Origin: a virus | Lineage: Duplodnaviria > Heunggongvirae > Uroviricota > Caudoviricetes | Reading direction: 5' to 3' (one strand) | Length of the DNA: 34,570 nucleotides | IMG/VR virus record: IMGVR_UViG_2554235190_000007 | In this document: positions 19,371 through 27,405 of the stretch, piece by piece | Position numbering within the stretch: the stretch's first letter is position 1 | Layout: each line of letters begins with the position of its first letter | The notes under the pieces: model-generated | The model's input: only the letters and a program-made list of their open reading frames with translations | Database searches by the model: none | Told to the model about the DNA's origin: nothing | Program-made: the position numbers and the translations under genes

Positions 19371-19830
19371 TTACCACCCCGCCAGCCTCTTTGAATCGGG
19401 CAATCAGGTCACCGATTTTATGTTCATACTGACCGTAACCAGCGCCCGGCAGTGAAGCCCAGATATTGCTGCAACGATCGATAGCCTGACGAATATCGCC
19501 GCGATCAATCATCGGTAAAGCGCCACGCTCTTTAATCTGCTGCAATGCCACAGCATCCTGGCTTTTTGGAGAGAAGTCTTTCAGCCCAAGCTGCTTGCGG
19601 TAAGCATCCCACCAGCGTGAAAGAAGTTGATAACGGCCTGCAGCTGTTGATTTGAGTTTGGGGTTTAGCGTGACAAGTTTGCGAGGGTGATCGGAGTAAT
19701 CAGTGAAGAGTTCACCACCGACAATAATATCATAACCGTGGTTACGTGTCGGTTGTCGCCCGTTATCCGTTCCTTCTGACCATGCCACCATATCGAGGAA
19801 AGCTTTACGCTGAGGATTAAGATTTTGCAT
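19354..19830 (-). CDS. R: endolysin, lambda R-type lytic transglycosylase
   Basis: 158 aa, near-identical over long stretches to lambda R as I recall it (QRKAFLDMVAWSEGTDNGRQ...RYQLLSRWWDAYRKQLGLKDFSPKSQDAVALQQIKERGALPMIDRGDIRQAIDRCSNIWASLPGAGYGQ). Confidence 0.9.
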   Translation of the reverse strand: MQNLNPQRKAFLDMVAWSEGTDNGRQPTRNHGYDIIVGGELFTDYSDHPRKLVTLNPKLKSTAAGRYQLLSRWWDAYRKQLGLKDFSPKSQDAVALQQIKERGALPMIDRGDIRQAIDRCSNIWASLPGAGYGQYEHKIGDLIARFKEAGGVVNEVEL

Positions 19831-20221
19831 TTTTCACCCCTGTCAGTCGTTCCCAGAAGTACGTCAGTGCAACCGAACCCATCGCACCACTAATCCCCGC
19901 TGTCGCGAGAATCATGTAAATACTGAATCCACTTTCGATGCTGATCAGGCCACCAATAACACCGGTGAATCCTGATACCACTATCTGAGCCAGAGCATTT
20001 ATCCAACTCCACGTTGCTTTACTCTGCTTCACATCTATCAGGTAGCGGACCAGACCGCCCCAACCTGCGATGATCAGCAAAACGAGCCAGAACGCTCCAG
20101 CAAGATTCTCTTTTTCGTGCATATGAATAGCCGCAGTTTCGCCTCCGACAGAAAATCGGAGCGTGAAATGATATGTTGATTTATTATTAATTCGAAAATT
20201 ACATTCTAATTCATCAGGCAT
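19817..20221 (-). CDS. holin (three predicted TM helices)
   Basis: ORF immediately upstream of the endolysin with hydrophobic segments AFWLVLLIIAGWGGLV, INALAQIVVSGFTGVIGGLISI, IYMILATAGISGAMGSVAL and a charged C-terminus. The first 33 residues look non-holin-like, so the true start may be the internal Met near 20122; neither start has a convincing Shine-Dalgarno. Confidence 0.65.
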   Translation of the reverse strand: MPDELECNFRINNKSTYHFTLRFSVGGETAAIHMHEKENLAGAFWLVLLIIAGWGGLVRYLIDVKQSKATWSWINALAQIVVSGFTGVIGGLISIESGFSIYMILATAGISGAMGSVALTYFWERLTGVKNAKS

Positions 20222-20240
20222 TGATGATTTTATAATAATA

Positions 20241-20261
20241 AAGGCCGTTCGTTACGGCCTT
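20241..20261 (-). terminator. hairpin terminator between the acidic insert gene and the holin
   Basis: AAGGCCGT-(5 nt)-ACGGCCTT stem-loop followed on the minus strand by TTTATTATTAT; symmetric, could act in both directions. Confidence 0.45.
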
Positions 20262-20273
20262 TATTATTGATAT

Positions 20274-20609
20274 TTATTTTACATCCCAAGGTAGTTCCTC
20301 AAGAGAGAAGACTAATTCATTATCAATGATTTCGTATTCTGCATAACCTTCAACCTCTCCTGAGAAGTTATTGTCAACGCATCCTTCATAATAGCTATAT
20401 GGTGCTATAAAGTGAAACCCATATTCATCTATCTCTGTGATTTCAAAATTGTAGTAATCGTAAGAATATCGAATATCATCATCAGAAATAGAACTAAGTA
20501 CATAGTTATTAAATTTATCGGAATGCTTAACGATAAGCTCTGACAACGCGTCAAGATTCTCTGGAGAGATATTTCCTAACGGTAATCTGTACTCAACGGC
20601 ATTAATCAT
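20274..20609 (-). CDS. hypothetical acidic protein (111 aa), AT-rich insert between Q and the lysis genes
   Basis: ATG with AGGAGG 4 nt upstream; very AT-rich; strongly acidic and Tyr/Glu/Asp-rich (e.g. DDDIRYSYDYYNFEITEIDEYGFHF, EGYAEYEIIDNE). Flanked by terminators on both sides. No family recognised. Confidence 0.6.
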   Translation of the reverse strand: MINAVEYRLPLGNISPENLDALSELIVKHSDKFNNYVLSSISDDDIRYSYDYYNFEITEIDEYGFHFIAPYSYYEGCVDNNFSGEVEGYAEYEIIDNELVFSLEELPWDVK

Positions 20610-20661
20610 ACAACCTCCTTTTTAACTGATATGAGGTTATATAATGTGTTTCAGTACAAGT

Positions 20662-20688
20662 AAATAAAAACCCGCTCAACAGCGGGTT
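20662..20688 (-). terminator. tR'-like rho-independent terminator just downstream of the late promoter
   Basis: Minus-strand hairpin AACCCGCT-(4 nt)-AGCGGGTT followed by TTTTTATTT, about 40-65 nt downstream of the predicted late transcription start. Confidence 0.6.
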
Positions 20689-20734
20689 CGTGAAAATTAT
20701 CAACGGCAGACATACAAAGCCCATCGTTGAGAAA

Positions 20735-20763
20735 ATCTTATCCATATTTTTTGAAAAATGCAA
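20735..20763 (-). promoter_or_regulatory. candidate late promoter (pR'-like) downstream of Q
   Basis: Minus strand TTGCAT - 17 nt - TAAGAT, about 30 nt after the Q stop codon and directly upstream of the tR'-like terminator, mirroring the lambda Q - pR' - tR' arrangement. Confidence 0.45.
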
Positions 20764-20794
20764 GCTTCATGTCGCCATCTTCGGCGAAAATCAC

Positions 20795-21547
20795 TTATCT
20801 CGTCACCTTTCTCAATTGCGTTTCAGCATATGCTTCTTCCTGCCAGCACTTTGTTACTAGTTTATCAATTACGTCTGCATATCCTTTGTACCACTGATAA
20901 TCAGTCAGGTCTGGAACCAGCTTCTGGACATGACGTCGTGCCAGTGTAGTTGGTAAACGGCTAAACCGGTTTCCATTGCAACGCCCACAAATCTTATAAA
21001 CAGGCGTGCCATGAAGCCGGGTCCTTTTTTCATCCAGGACAATACCTTTACCCTTACACCCTCTGCACGCTGTGCTGACTTCTCCCTTACCATGACAATG
21101 CTGACATAGTTCCTTCACCCACTCTTCCTTGATAACAGATTCCCCGCTTCTGGAGTGTTTCACCACCTCGCGCAATACATTATGAAATCCAGTACCAGCA
21201 CAATGCTCACAGCGAGCCTTACTTGCCGCAGACCTGGAATAATCAGCAAAGGCAAAATTCACAAGGTAAGGAATGATCTGTAGCCGGGTTTCTTCACTCA
21301 ATTTATTCAATGTCGGGTTATCCAGTGCCATCGCGTAATTGAGCAGACCTTCAATCGCAAACTGAGGATCCTGAACACCAACTTTTGCCAGGAATAAGGC
21401 AAACCCAAGCGGTGCTTTCGACTGCACCATCCCCTGCGCAGCCATCACATCCGTAATCGTTAAACCACCAGAGCCTGTCGCCGGTGCGTCATCGCTCAGT
21501 TTTGGAGATTTCGGGGAGTAATATTTCGGTAAGGCTTCAAGGTTCAT
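20795..21547 (-). CDS. Q: late gene antiterminator Q (zinc-binding Q family)
   Basis: 250 aa, N-terminus MNLEALPKYYSPKSPKLSDD and several CxxC pairs (CEHCAGTG, CQHCHGKG, CRGCKGKG, CGRCNG); located immediately upstream of the late promoter/terminator and lysis genes. Confidence 0.75.
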   Translation of the reverse strand: MNLEALPKYYSPKSPKLSDDAPATGSGGLTITDVMAAQGMVQSKAPLGFALFLAKVGVQDPQFAIEGLLNYAMALDNPTLNKLSEETRLQIIPYLVNFAFADYSRSAASKARCEHCAGTGFHNVLREVVKHSRSGESVIKEEWVKELCQHCHGKGEVSTACRGCKGKGIVLDEKRTRLHGTPVYKICGRCNGNRFSRLPTTLARRHVQKLVPDLTDYQWYKGYADVIDKLVTKCWQEEAYAETQLRKVTR

Positions 21548-21560
21548 GCTCGTTCTCCAC

Positions 21561-22556
21561 TTACGCCAGTACGCCTATTGCCAGCGCACGATCGATAAAA
21601 CGAAATATCAGCTCCAGCTGGGAACCATACTTCTCTTCAAATGCCACGGTATCCGCATGCAGCTCGTCGTGATGCTTTCTGCACAAAGGCAACACAAAGA
21701 GGTCATGCGCTTTTGTACCCATTCCCCCCTGACCGTGGCCTATCAGGTGGTGGGGATCATCAGCAGGCTTTCCACAACATGCACACGGCTGTGTCTTAAC
21801 CCAGCGTGTGTATTTTTCATTAACCCAGCGGCGACGTTTTGGGCGTAACATAAAAGACTCCGGCGACTCCGGATCCACTTTCAGCGCCAGCACCTTTTTC
21901 ACCTTATCCTGGATGATGCTGGTGGCAGGAACCGAAGGCACAAGGTCACTTTCCCGGGTGACAGACGGCACAACAGGCTTCGGTAATCTCAGTGCCTTAC
22001 GGGCTGCACTTTCCGGTAAGGCATCCGCCAGGTCATTACGAATCAGCCACCAGCACAGTTCCGGCATTGTCACAACGTGACTGTCATCAAAACCGAGATC
22101 CCGACGCACAACAGACAACACCCAGCGGGCACAGTTATCCGTTGCCATTGATTCCAGCCGTTCCGTGAACTGATCGCGCAGCTGGTTATCGCAGTGCCAG
22201 CACAGACGGATTGCGCCCGGAGCGTGTCGCATTGTGGTCATGTTCTCGCTGTGCCAGTCGGAATGAGGCCACTGGCAGCCTTTTTCACGAAGTAACCAGC
22301 TTTCAAGACATTCCACGCCACCAGCACGACGGATCACTGCCTCATTGCGGAACACGGCCTGAACGGCAGGATCATCCGCCAGCGGTTGTGATGCCGCCGG
22401 AACGGCACCACTGGCGAAAGATGAATAACGTTCCGGCTCAGGCTCCAGCAGGACACGCCCCTGCATAAACAGGGGCATCAGCTCTGAACCTGGTCTGAAC
22501 AATACGATCCCCATACGCGGGGCAATTTCAGGGGTCAGTAGTGCTCTCACGGTCAC
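21561..22556 (-). CDS. DUF968-family prophage protein (YdfU-like) with C-terminal Cys/His-rich motif
   Basis: 331 aa; C-terminal region CACCGKPADDPHHLIGHGQGG...LPLCRKHHDELH resembles DUF968 / HNH-like zinc-binding proteins found next to Q in lambdoid prophages. GTG start in the track; true start uncertain. Confidence 0.45.
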   Translation of the reverse strand: MTVRALLTPEIAPRMGIVLFRPGSELMPLFMQGRVLLEPEPERYSSFASGAVPAASQPLADDPAVQAVFRNEAVIRRAGGVECLESWLLREKGCQWPHSDWHSENMTTMRHAPGAIRLCWHCDNQLRDQFTERLESMATDNCARWVLSVVRRDLGFDDSHVVTMPELCWWLIRNDLADALPESAARKALRLPKPVVPSVTRESDLVPSVPATSIIQDKVKKVLALKVDPESPESFMLRPKRRRWVNEKYTRWVKTQPCACCGKPADDPHHLIGHGQGGMGTKAHDLFVLPLCRKHHDELHADTVAFEEKYGSQLELIFRFIDRALAIGVLA

Positions 22557-22557
22557 C

Positions 22558-23355
22558 TCAATGAACGGTATCGAGCAGCTTTAACAGCTCAGGGAATCGG
22601 GATTCGAAGAAATGCGGCTGCGTCTCGCGCGGATTTGCAGGACTGGTGATGTTCTTGCCGAACATGCAGCCTTTCGCCGTCAGCGACCAGAATTTTTTGA
22701 TGTTGTTAATCGCGGTACGGCTGTATCGTTCGCGTTGTTCAACGATCCCCAGCTTCGCCATCTGGTGATATGCCTGATTAGCTGTCAGGCAGATACCATA
22801 CTGCTTCAGCAGTGCACTCAGTGACAGCGTGGGGCGGCTTGAGCCATCAGGCGCGTCAGCAGGAGCATCAATGGCATAGCGCGGTGCCAGATTCGGTAAG
22901 CCAACAGCCTCCTGGAGTTTCTGACAGGCACCAAGCACTGAAGAGTTAGACAGGTTTAACTCCCGGCGCATAAAGTCCAGCAGGATCACGCCAGCCTGCA
23001 TCTTGTCAGCAGCCTGCCCGGATAATTTTTCCGGTGTGCTGGTTACCATATCGAAAGTACGGATCACCTTCAGATGGAATGACGGGCTGATCCACATTGC
23101 ATAGGCATACACCAGTTCTTTGCAGACATACGTCCCTTGGTTATTTCCGCCACGAATAACGTTAACTGGCGCTATATTGACCGAGTTGCAAATCTGCAAC
23201 TCGCTTATTAAACGTTCGGTTTGCTCATTGCGGAGCCAGAATGCAGGCTTATGTTTATCCAGAGAACCGGCAGCCCTGTGCAGATCGTTCAGGCTGTAAC
23301 GCCCATAAGCATCACGACGAACTTCAATACCATCAATAACCATCAGATTATTCAT
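22558..23355 (-). CDS. KilA-N domain protein
   Basis: 265 aa; N-terminal region MNNLMVIDGIEVRRDAYGRYSLNDLHRAAGSLDKHKPAFWLRNEQTERLISEL matches the KilA-N pattern common in enterobacterial prophages. Confidence 0.6.
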   Translation of the reverse strand: MNNLMVIDGIEVRRDAYGRYSLNDLHRAAGSLDKHKPAFWLRNEQTERLISELQICNSVNIAPVNVIRGGNNQGTYVCKELVYAYAMWISPSFHLKVIRTFDMVTSTPEKLSGQAADKMQAGVILLDFMRRELNLSNSSVLGACQKLQEAVGLPNLAPRYAIDAPADAPDGSSRPTLSLSALLKQYGICLTANQAYHQMAKLGIVEQRERYSRTAINNIKKFWSLTAKGCMFGKNITSPANPRETQPHFFESRFPELLKLLDTVH

Positions 23356-23374
23356 ACTTCGTTTCTCCTCTTAA

Positions 23375-23764
23375 TCAGGCGGCTGCACCCGCCGGTTTCT
23401 CGTACTTACTGATAGTGATCTCGACCTTCCCTTCCGGGATAACCGGTCCCCACTCCACCAGCATTCTTTTCACCTGACTGTCGTCTTCCCACACACCCGC
23501 GTGGGTCAGGGCGTCAAACAGCGCCTTGTTATAGTTGTCCAGATCGCGGATCCGGTTATCCGGAGGAAACAACACGATCTCCACTGAAGCAGGTGCCGAC
23601 GTTGGTTTTGGCAGACGACGTAACTGCTCAACTATTGCTGCACACGCCGCGCTCTGGAATTTGCGCCCCGCCGCGCTTATCAGGCTCTTACCAGCAAACG
23701 CCCCTTTGTTGGGGTGTCGCCAGTACGTGTTCACGCTGGGCGGAAAAGGCAGGATCAGCTTCAT
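23375..23764 (-). CDS. rusA: Holliday junction resolvase RusA
   Basis: 129 aa, MKLILPFPPSVNTYWRH...DLDNYNKALFDALTHAGVWEDDSQV, the RusA signature; typical nin-region gene. Confidence 0.85.
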   Translation of the reverse strand: MKLILPFPPSVNTYWRHPNKGAFAGKSLISAAGRKFQSAACAAIVEQLRRLPKPTSAPASVEIVLFPPDNRIRDLDNYNKALFDALTHAGVWEDDSQVKRMLVEWGPVIPEGKVEITISKYEKPAGAAA

Positions 23765-24087
23765 ACTTTCAGGCCCCTCTCATGTAACCAGTGGGCTGCA
23801 CGCAGCCTGGCGTTTTCCTCACCGGCAAGCAGTGAGCGGATAATCCCGACCGCCTCGCTGCCGTCGTCCTTCACCGCGGTATGAAGCGTTATCCCCCGTG
23901 CCACGCCACGCTTTATCGTGATGACGCCTTTTTTCTCCAGTGCGCGAAGATGCTCCACCGCTGCATTCACTGAACGGTATCCCAGCATGGTAGCCACCTC
24001 CTGATTGGTTGGCGGGAAGCCACGTTCTTTCTGATAAGAAATCAGCATATCCAGCACCTGCTGCTGGCATTGAGTTAATGTCGTCAT
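23761..24087 (-). CDS. LexA N-terminal DNA-binding domain protein (no peptidase domain)
   Basis: 108 aa; MTTLTQCQQQVLDMLISYQKERGFPPTNQEVATMLGYRSVNAAVEHLRALEKKGVITI aligns well with the winged-helix domain of LexA ([58 protein letters not shown], from memory), but the protein ends before any S24 peptidase domain. Confidence 0.6.
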   Translation of the reverse strand: MTTLTQCQQQVLDMLISYQKERGFPPTNQEVATMLGYRSVNAAVEHLRALEKKGVITIKRGVARGITLHTAVKDDGSEAVGIIRSLLAGEENARLRAAHWLHERGLKV

Positions 24088-24737
24088 GCCGCCATCTCCC
24101 TGACCAGTTTTTCCGCCTGCTGGCGAACCTGCGCCAGAAAGGCCTCACCACATGCCTCAAGTTCATCGCGCCCGATGTAGCTGATTGCCGGTCCCTTCCA
24201 GGTCTTGTCGAAAACAGCAATAGCACCAGCGAAGAAAGCGCCTGTCGGTACCTGCTTCTCGTCTTTCGGGATAAACCAGACAGGCAGTTCAAAACCAATA
24301 CGCCCGCGAATAAAAGCAATATGATCTGCATTTTCCGGCCACCACACTTCGCTGGTGGCAGCTTTGATCAGGAAAACATAGCGCCCGCCTTTATCACGCA
24401 TGGCACTGGCATGCTTCATGATGTAACGCATGCCGGTGATGTATTGCCCCTCATGCTGACTGGCGCGGCTGTATGGGGGATTACCAAAGGCAGCACCTTT
24501 AAGCTCCGCAAGACGTTCTGACCAGTCATGCGCCAGCGCGTTGTCTTCCGCCGTGTAATACGCGGCACATTTGGCGTTATCACCGTCAGTGAACAGATCC
24601 AGAACAAACGGGCCAAACAGGGTGTTAATTCCCCAGAAAATGTTGTCCGGCGTGCGCCACTGATCGCCCACTTCCTTCAGTTCATGGGCTGGTTTGTTCC
24701 GCAGTTCCACCAGCGCCTGGCAATATTTATTACTCAT
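24084..24737 (-). CDS. phage-type N6-adenine DNA methyltransferase (Dam family)
   Basis: Contains the NPPY catalytic motif (GNPPYSR) and a phage-Dam-like N-terminus (NKYCQALVELRNK...WRTPDNIF). Start placed at the ATG overlapping the upstream stop (TAATG) rather than the track GTG at 24770. Confidence 0.75.
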   Translation of the reverse strand: MSNKYCQALVELRNKPAHELKEVGDQWRTPDNIFWGINTLFGPFVLDLFTDGDNAKCAAYYTAEDNALAHDWSERLAELKGAAFGNPPYSRASQHEGQYITGMRYIMKHASAMRDKGGRYVFLIKAATSEVWWPENADHIAFIRGRIGFELPVWFIPKDEKQVPTGAFFAGAIAVFDKTWKGPAISYIGRDELEACGEAFLAQVRQQAEKLVREMAA

Positions 24738-25231
24738 TAAGCCCCCACGTAATTCCCTGACAGATACCACTCTTCACCCGATGCAGCGCGCTTGCTGCTT
24801 TTCCGTAAGCACCGCTCACGACGCGCCAGAAAATTGTTTCGCTCTTGCTGGGAGTGGCTTTCACGGAATGCCGCCATCCACACCGTTGCAGCACGACGGT
24901 ATAAGCCCCTGGACTCCAGTTCTTCCGCCTGGCGGGTCAGGCACAAAATCTCCCGCGGGTCGTTAGTGCCGACATAGAAATTGCGCACAGGTCTGGTTTC
25001 ACGAACTGGTTGCGGTTCCGCCTCCTGCGCTCTCTCAGTCAGGCGCGGGAAATGTCTGCGTGTATCCCCTTCACAACGGTGAGCCACACGACCACTCTGA
25101 CGTAACTTGCTTGCTGACTGCAGAACGCGCTGCCGTGAGTAACCTGCAAAAGCATCCGCAATGTCTCCGGAAGTACACCCCGGATGGGCTTCAATGTATT
25201 TCTGAACTTCATTCAAAAGACTCATGATCAC
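24737..25231 (-). CDS. PerC-like transcriptional regulator
   Basis: 164 aa; the region AEELESRGLYRRAATVWMAAF matches the PerC-family core as I recall it. GTG start in the track (an ATG lies 2 codons in). Confidence 0.45.
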   Translation of the reverse strand: MIMSLLNEVQKYIEAHPGCTSGDIADAFAGYSRQRVLQSASKLRQSGRVAHRCEGDTRRHFPRLTERAQEAEPQPVRETRPVRNFYVGTNDPREILCLTRQAEELESRGLYRRAATVWMAAFRESHSQQERNNFLARRERCLRKSSKRAASGEEWYLSGNYVGA

Positions 25232-26169
25232 CCCCTGAATCCTGCCGGGATCTGGCTGTAGTCCACGTTGTCGTAACTGGCTTTGAAGTACGGGTCTTCG
25301 CGTTTTTCGGTGTACGTGCTGACGGACGGCGATAAGCGCAGGGAAAGCTCATCCCATTTTTCCCGCAGCTTCGACGGGCTGAGCACGTTACGGCACCAGA
25401 ACGGATCGCGGCTGACGCGGCTGTACATCTCGCAGATTTGTTTGTGAGTACGACCATCCTGCACACACATCAGGCGAATTTCGTTTGCCCAGGCTGTCCA
25501 GTTCGGTTCTTTGGGACGAACCACCTCGCCGTCACATTCGGCGGCCTGCTCGTACAGGGCGATGATTTTTTTCCAGAGCCACTGTGCGCAGGTCAAATCA
25601 TCCTGCGTTCCCCACTGGCGCTTTTTAGGGCTGAATACAACCGCATCAGGATGGCGAGTTAAAAACTCCTGTTCAGCCGTCTGCGTGTCCGGTTGCGAAG
25701 CGTCCGGACGAGAAGTTTTTTTATCTGACGGATCATGTTTTGATTTTACTGACGGATCCCCGCCAGATTCTGACGGGTGAAAACCCGCTTTTTTGCCAGA
25801 TTTCGACGCATCAAATTTTGACGGGTCAGATTTTGATGCGTCAGATTTTGACGGGTCAGAATCTGACAGTTGAGAAAATGCCGCTGCCTGAAGCTTCGCA
25901 ACGTTAAGCTGATAAACATTCGACGCATTGCGGTTACCCTGGCGACGCGCCTTACGCGTTAACCAGCCTTCTGCTTCCAGCCGTGCGATAGCCGTTCTGA
26001 CGGTACTCATCCCCGCGCCAATCTGACGGGCAATGGTTTCAATTGATGGCCAGCACACACCTTCGTCATTACTGAAATCAGCCAGGCGGGCCATAATTGC
26101 CACGCTGGATAATTTCATGCCTGACGCAGCGCAACCATCCCATACATAGCCGGTTAATTTAGTGCTCAT
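25228..26169 (-). CDS. replication initiation protein (lambda O-like organisation, winged-helix N-terminus)
   Basis: 313 aa; N-terminal HTH-like region (SSVAIMARLADFSNDEGVCWPSIETIARQIGAGMSTVRTAIARLEAEGWL), central Ser/Asp/Pro/Lys repeat linker encoded by tandem 15-bp DNA repeats, C-terminal domain; in the replication position between CII-like and nin-like genes. Confidence 0.55.
   Translation of the reverse strand: MSTKLTGYVWDGCAASGMKLSSVAIMARLADFSNDEGVCWPSIETIARQIGAGMSTVRTAIARLEAEGWLTRKARRQGNRNASNVYQLNVAKLQAAAFSQLSDSDPSKSDASKSDPSKFDASKSGKKAGFHPSESGGDPSVKSKHDPSDKKTSRPDASQPDTQTAEQEFLTRHPDAVVFSPKKRQWGTQDDLTCAQWLWKKIIALYEQAAECDGEVVRPKEPNWTAWANEIRLMCVQDGRTHKQICEMYSRVSRDPFWCRNVLSPSKLREKWDELSLRLSPSVSTYTEKREDPYFKASYDNVDYSQIPAGFRG
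25796..25870. repeat. tandem 15-bp direct repeats (candidate iterons) inside the replication initiator gene
   Basis: Five head-to-tail copies of a 15-bp unit (plus-strand consensus TCAGATTTTGACGGG, variants TCAAATTTTGACGGG, TCAGATTTTGATGCG, CCAGATTTCGACGCA, TCAGAATCTGACAGT) with two more degenerate copies at about 25741..25777. Confidence 0.5.
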
Positions 26170-26178
26170 GACCGACCT

Positions 26179-26517
26179 CTATTTCCCTGAATTTACGACG
26201 AAACTGTTCGAGCGGGCTGAAGCACTCATGCTCATAGTCTTCGCGGAGGTAGATAACCCGTTGTGTTTCCGGCTCCCAACGAATGACTCTGACGGGTACT
26301 CCGTAGTGATCTTTGAACCAGCGGTTAACTTGTCGCAAAGGACTGTCTCCTTCTGCCGGTTGAAATCACCCACAGCCCACTCTGCAAAGCTGTGGGTTAC
26401 AATTTCCCTGTCACCTGGTACATTCACTGCATAGCAATATTCCACCTTCGCTTTTCCACCCGGTACAGGAAGCGCAATCAGTTGCGAGCGACGGTAGTGT
26501 GTTGTTAAACTGTTCAT
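26179..26517 (-). CDS. hypothetical protein (112 aa) between CII-like and replication genes
   Basis: ATG overlapping the upstream stop (ATGA) and ending 10 nt before the replication gene start, with GAGG upstream of that start; strand and coupling support a real gene. No family recognised. Confidence 0.4.
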   Translation of the reverse strand: MNSLTTHYRRSQLIALPVPGGKAKVEYCYAVNVPGDREIVTHSFAEWAVGDFNRQKETVLCDKLTAGSKITTEYPSESFVGSRKHNGLSTSAKTMSMSASARSNSFVVNSGK

Positions 26518-27083
26518 GCGTTAGTTTCTCCACAACCAGAAGCAATCGACGCCACGACGCCCGGAGCTGCACACTCGCGGGCGTCATTACTTTCTGAAAT
26601 GCAAAAAATTTTGTAGACAAGTGCTGCATGCTCCTGCAGCTTCGAAATTGAGAGATACAGCTCGTCGTTAATTGCTGTCTTCTCATGCGGTTCCACTACA
26701 CCGTCTTCGATTGCTGAACGAATCTGTTTTGAATAACTGCCGATCTGTTCAATGACTTCCAGCAGACGCTGGTTAATATCGGCGTTGTCCACATCCTCGA
26801 CGTCAGGAAGAGACACAAAGACGCCATTTGCAGACTGCGCCACAGCATCAGCAATGAAGTGAGTGCCACCAGCACGCTGTAAAACCATTGCCCATCCCAG
26901 CGGGAAAATCTGATCGCCATCTGCACGAAGGCGGTTGAATAAAGCGTTTTCTGTTACATCGAGCCAGTCAGCCGCTTCAGCGTAACCACCCGGCAACGCC
27001 GCGATAGTTTTTCTGACAGCTTTCACGTACCACTCAGGCTGTTTTTCTATTTTCCAGTGATGCTTACCCACGATTAGCCTCAT
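26514..27083 (-). CDS. CII-like regulatory protein (CP76 / YdaT-type)
   Basis: 189 aa immediately downstream of cro on the same strand, the position of cII in lambdoid phages; size and sequence are compatible with the large CII-type family, but the assignment is from memory. Confidence 0.45.
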   Translation of the reverse strand: MRLIVGKHHWKIEKQPEWYVKAVRKTIAALPGGYAEAADWLDVTENALFNRLRADGDQIFPLGWAMVLQRAGGTHFIADAVAQSANGVFVSLPDVEDVDNADINQRLLEVIEQIGSYSKQIRSAIEDGVVEPHEKTAINDELYLSISKLQEHAALVYKIFCISESNDARECAAPGVVASIASGCGETNA

Positions 27084-27114
27084 CGTTCTGTGGTTAAAAA
27101 TTGAAAGTGTTCTG

Positions 27115-27315
27115 CTAATCTTTCGGATAGATATCCGGTCTTAAGTCAGATTTCGTAATTGCACCTGACGTGCATTGCTCAAGTTTTTTAGCCAGCACAA
27201 AACTGGCTTTTTTATAGCCATTGAAAACCAGCCGTAAGTAGCCAGGTGTTGAGCCAACTTTTCCGGCCAACTCGCCCTGCTGTTCTTTGGTTAAAGAGTC
27301 CCAATACGCTTTCAT
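27115..27315 (-). CDS. cro: Cro-like repressor (YdaS-type HTH)
   Basis: 66 aa, MKAYWDSLTKEQQGELAGKVGSTPGYLRLVFNGYKKASFVLAKKLEQCTSGAITKSDLRPDIYPKD; HTH and C-terminal DLRPDIYP match YdaS/Cro-like proteins. Divergent from cI with GGAGG 10 nt upstream. The track ORF 27115..27618 is a 5'-extended version that overlaps cI. Confidence 0.7.
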   Translation of the reverse strand: MKAYWDSLTKEQQGELAGKVGSTPGYLRLVFNGYKKASFVLAKKLEQCTSGAITKSDLRPDIYPKD

Positions 27316-27320
27316 ACAAT

Positions 27321-27389
27321 ATGTACCTCCGATGTACATATTACATGATTGAAATGAACCTTCAAGATACTTGTACCTTAACGGTACAA
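27321..27389. promoter_or_regulatory. right operator region: two 19-bp palindromic operators with divergent cro and cI promoters
   Basis: ATGTACC-TCCGA-TGTACAT (about 27321..27339) and TTGTACC-TTAAC-GGTACAA (about 27371..27389), sharing TGTACC half-sites. Candidate cro promoter on the minus strand TTGAAG-16-TAATAT; candidate cI promoter on the plus strand TTGTAC-17-TTTAAT placing the start at or next to the cI ATG (leaderless). Confidence 0.5.
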
Positions 27390-27405
27390 GGGTTTTAATT
27401 TCGTT

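Noticed and set aside
20122-20221. Dual-start (antiholin/holin) arrangement for the holin
   Set aside because: Two in-frame Met codons exist (20221 and about 20122), but neither has a convincing Shine-Dalgarno and I cannot tell from sequence alone which is used; left as start uncertainty rather than a claimed dual-start motif.
25741-25873. Tandem 15-bp repeats considered as a CRISPR array or simple microsatellite
   Set aside because: Repeats are contiguous with no spacers, only 15 bp long, and sit in frame inside the replication initiator gene; interpreted as iteron-like origin repeats instead.
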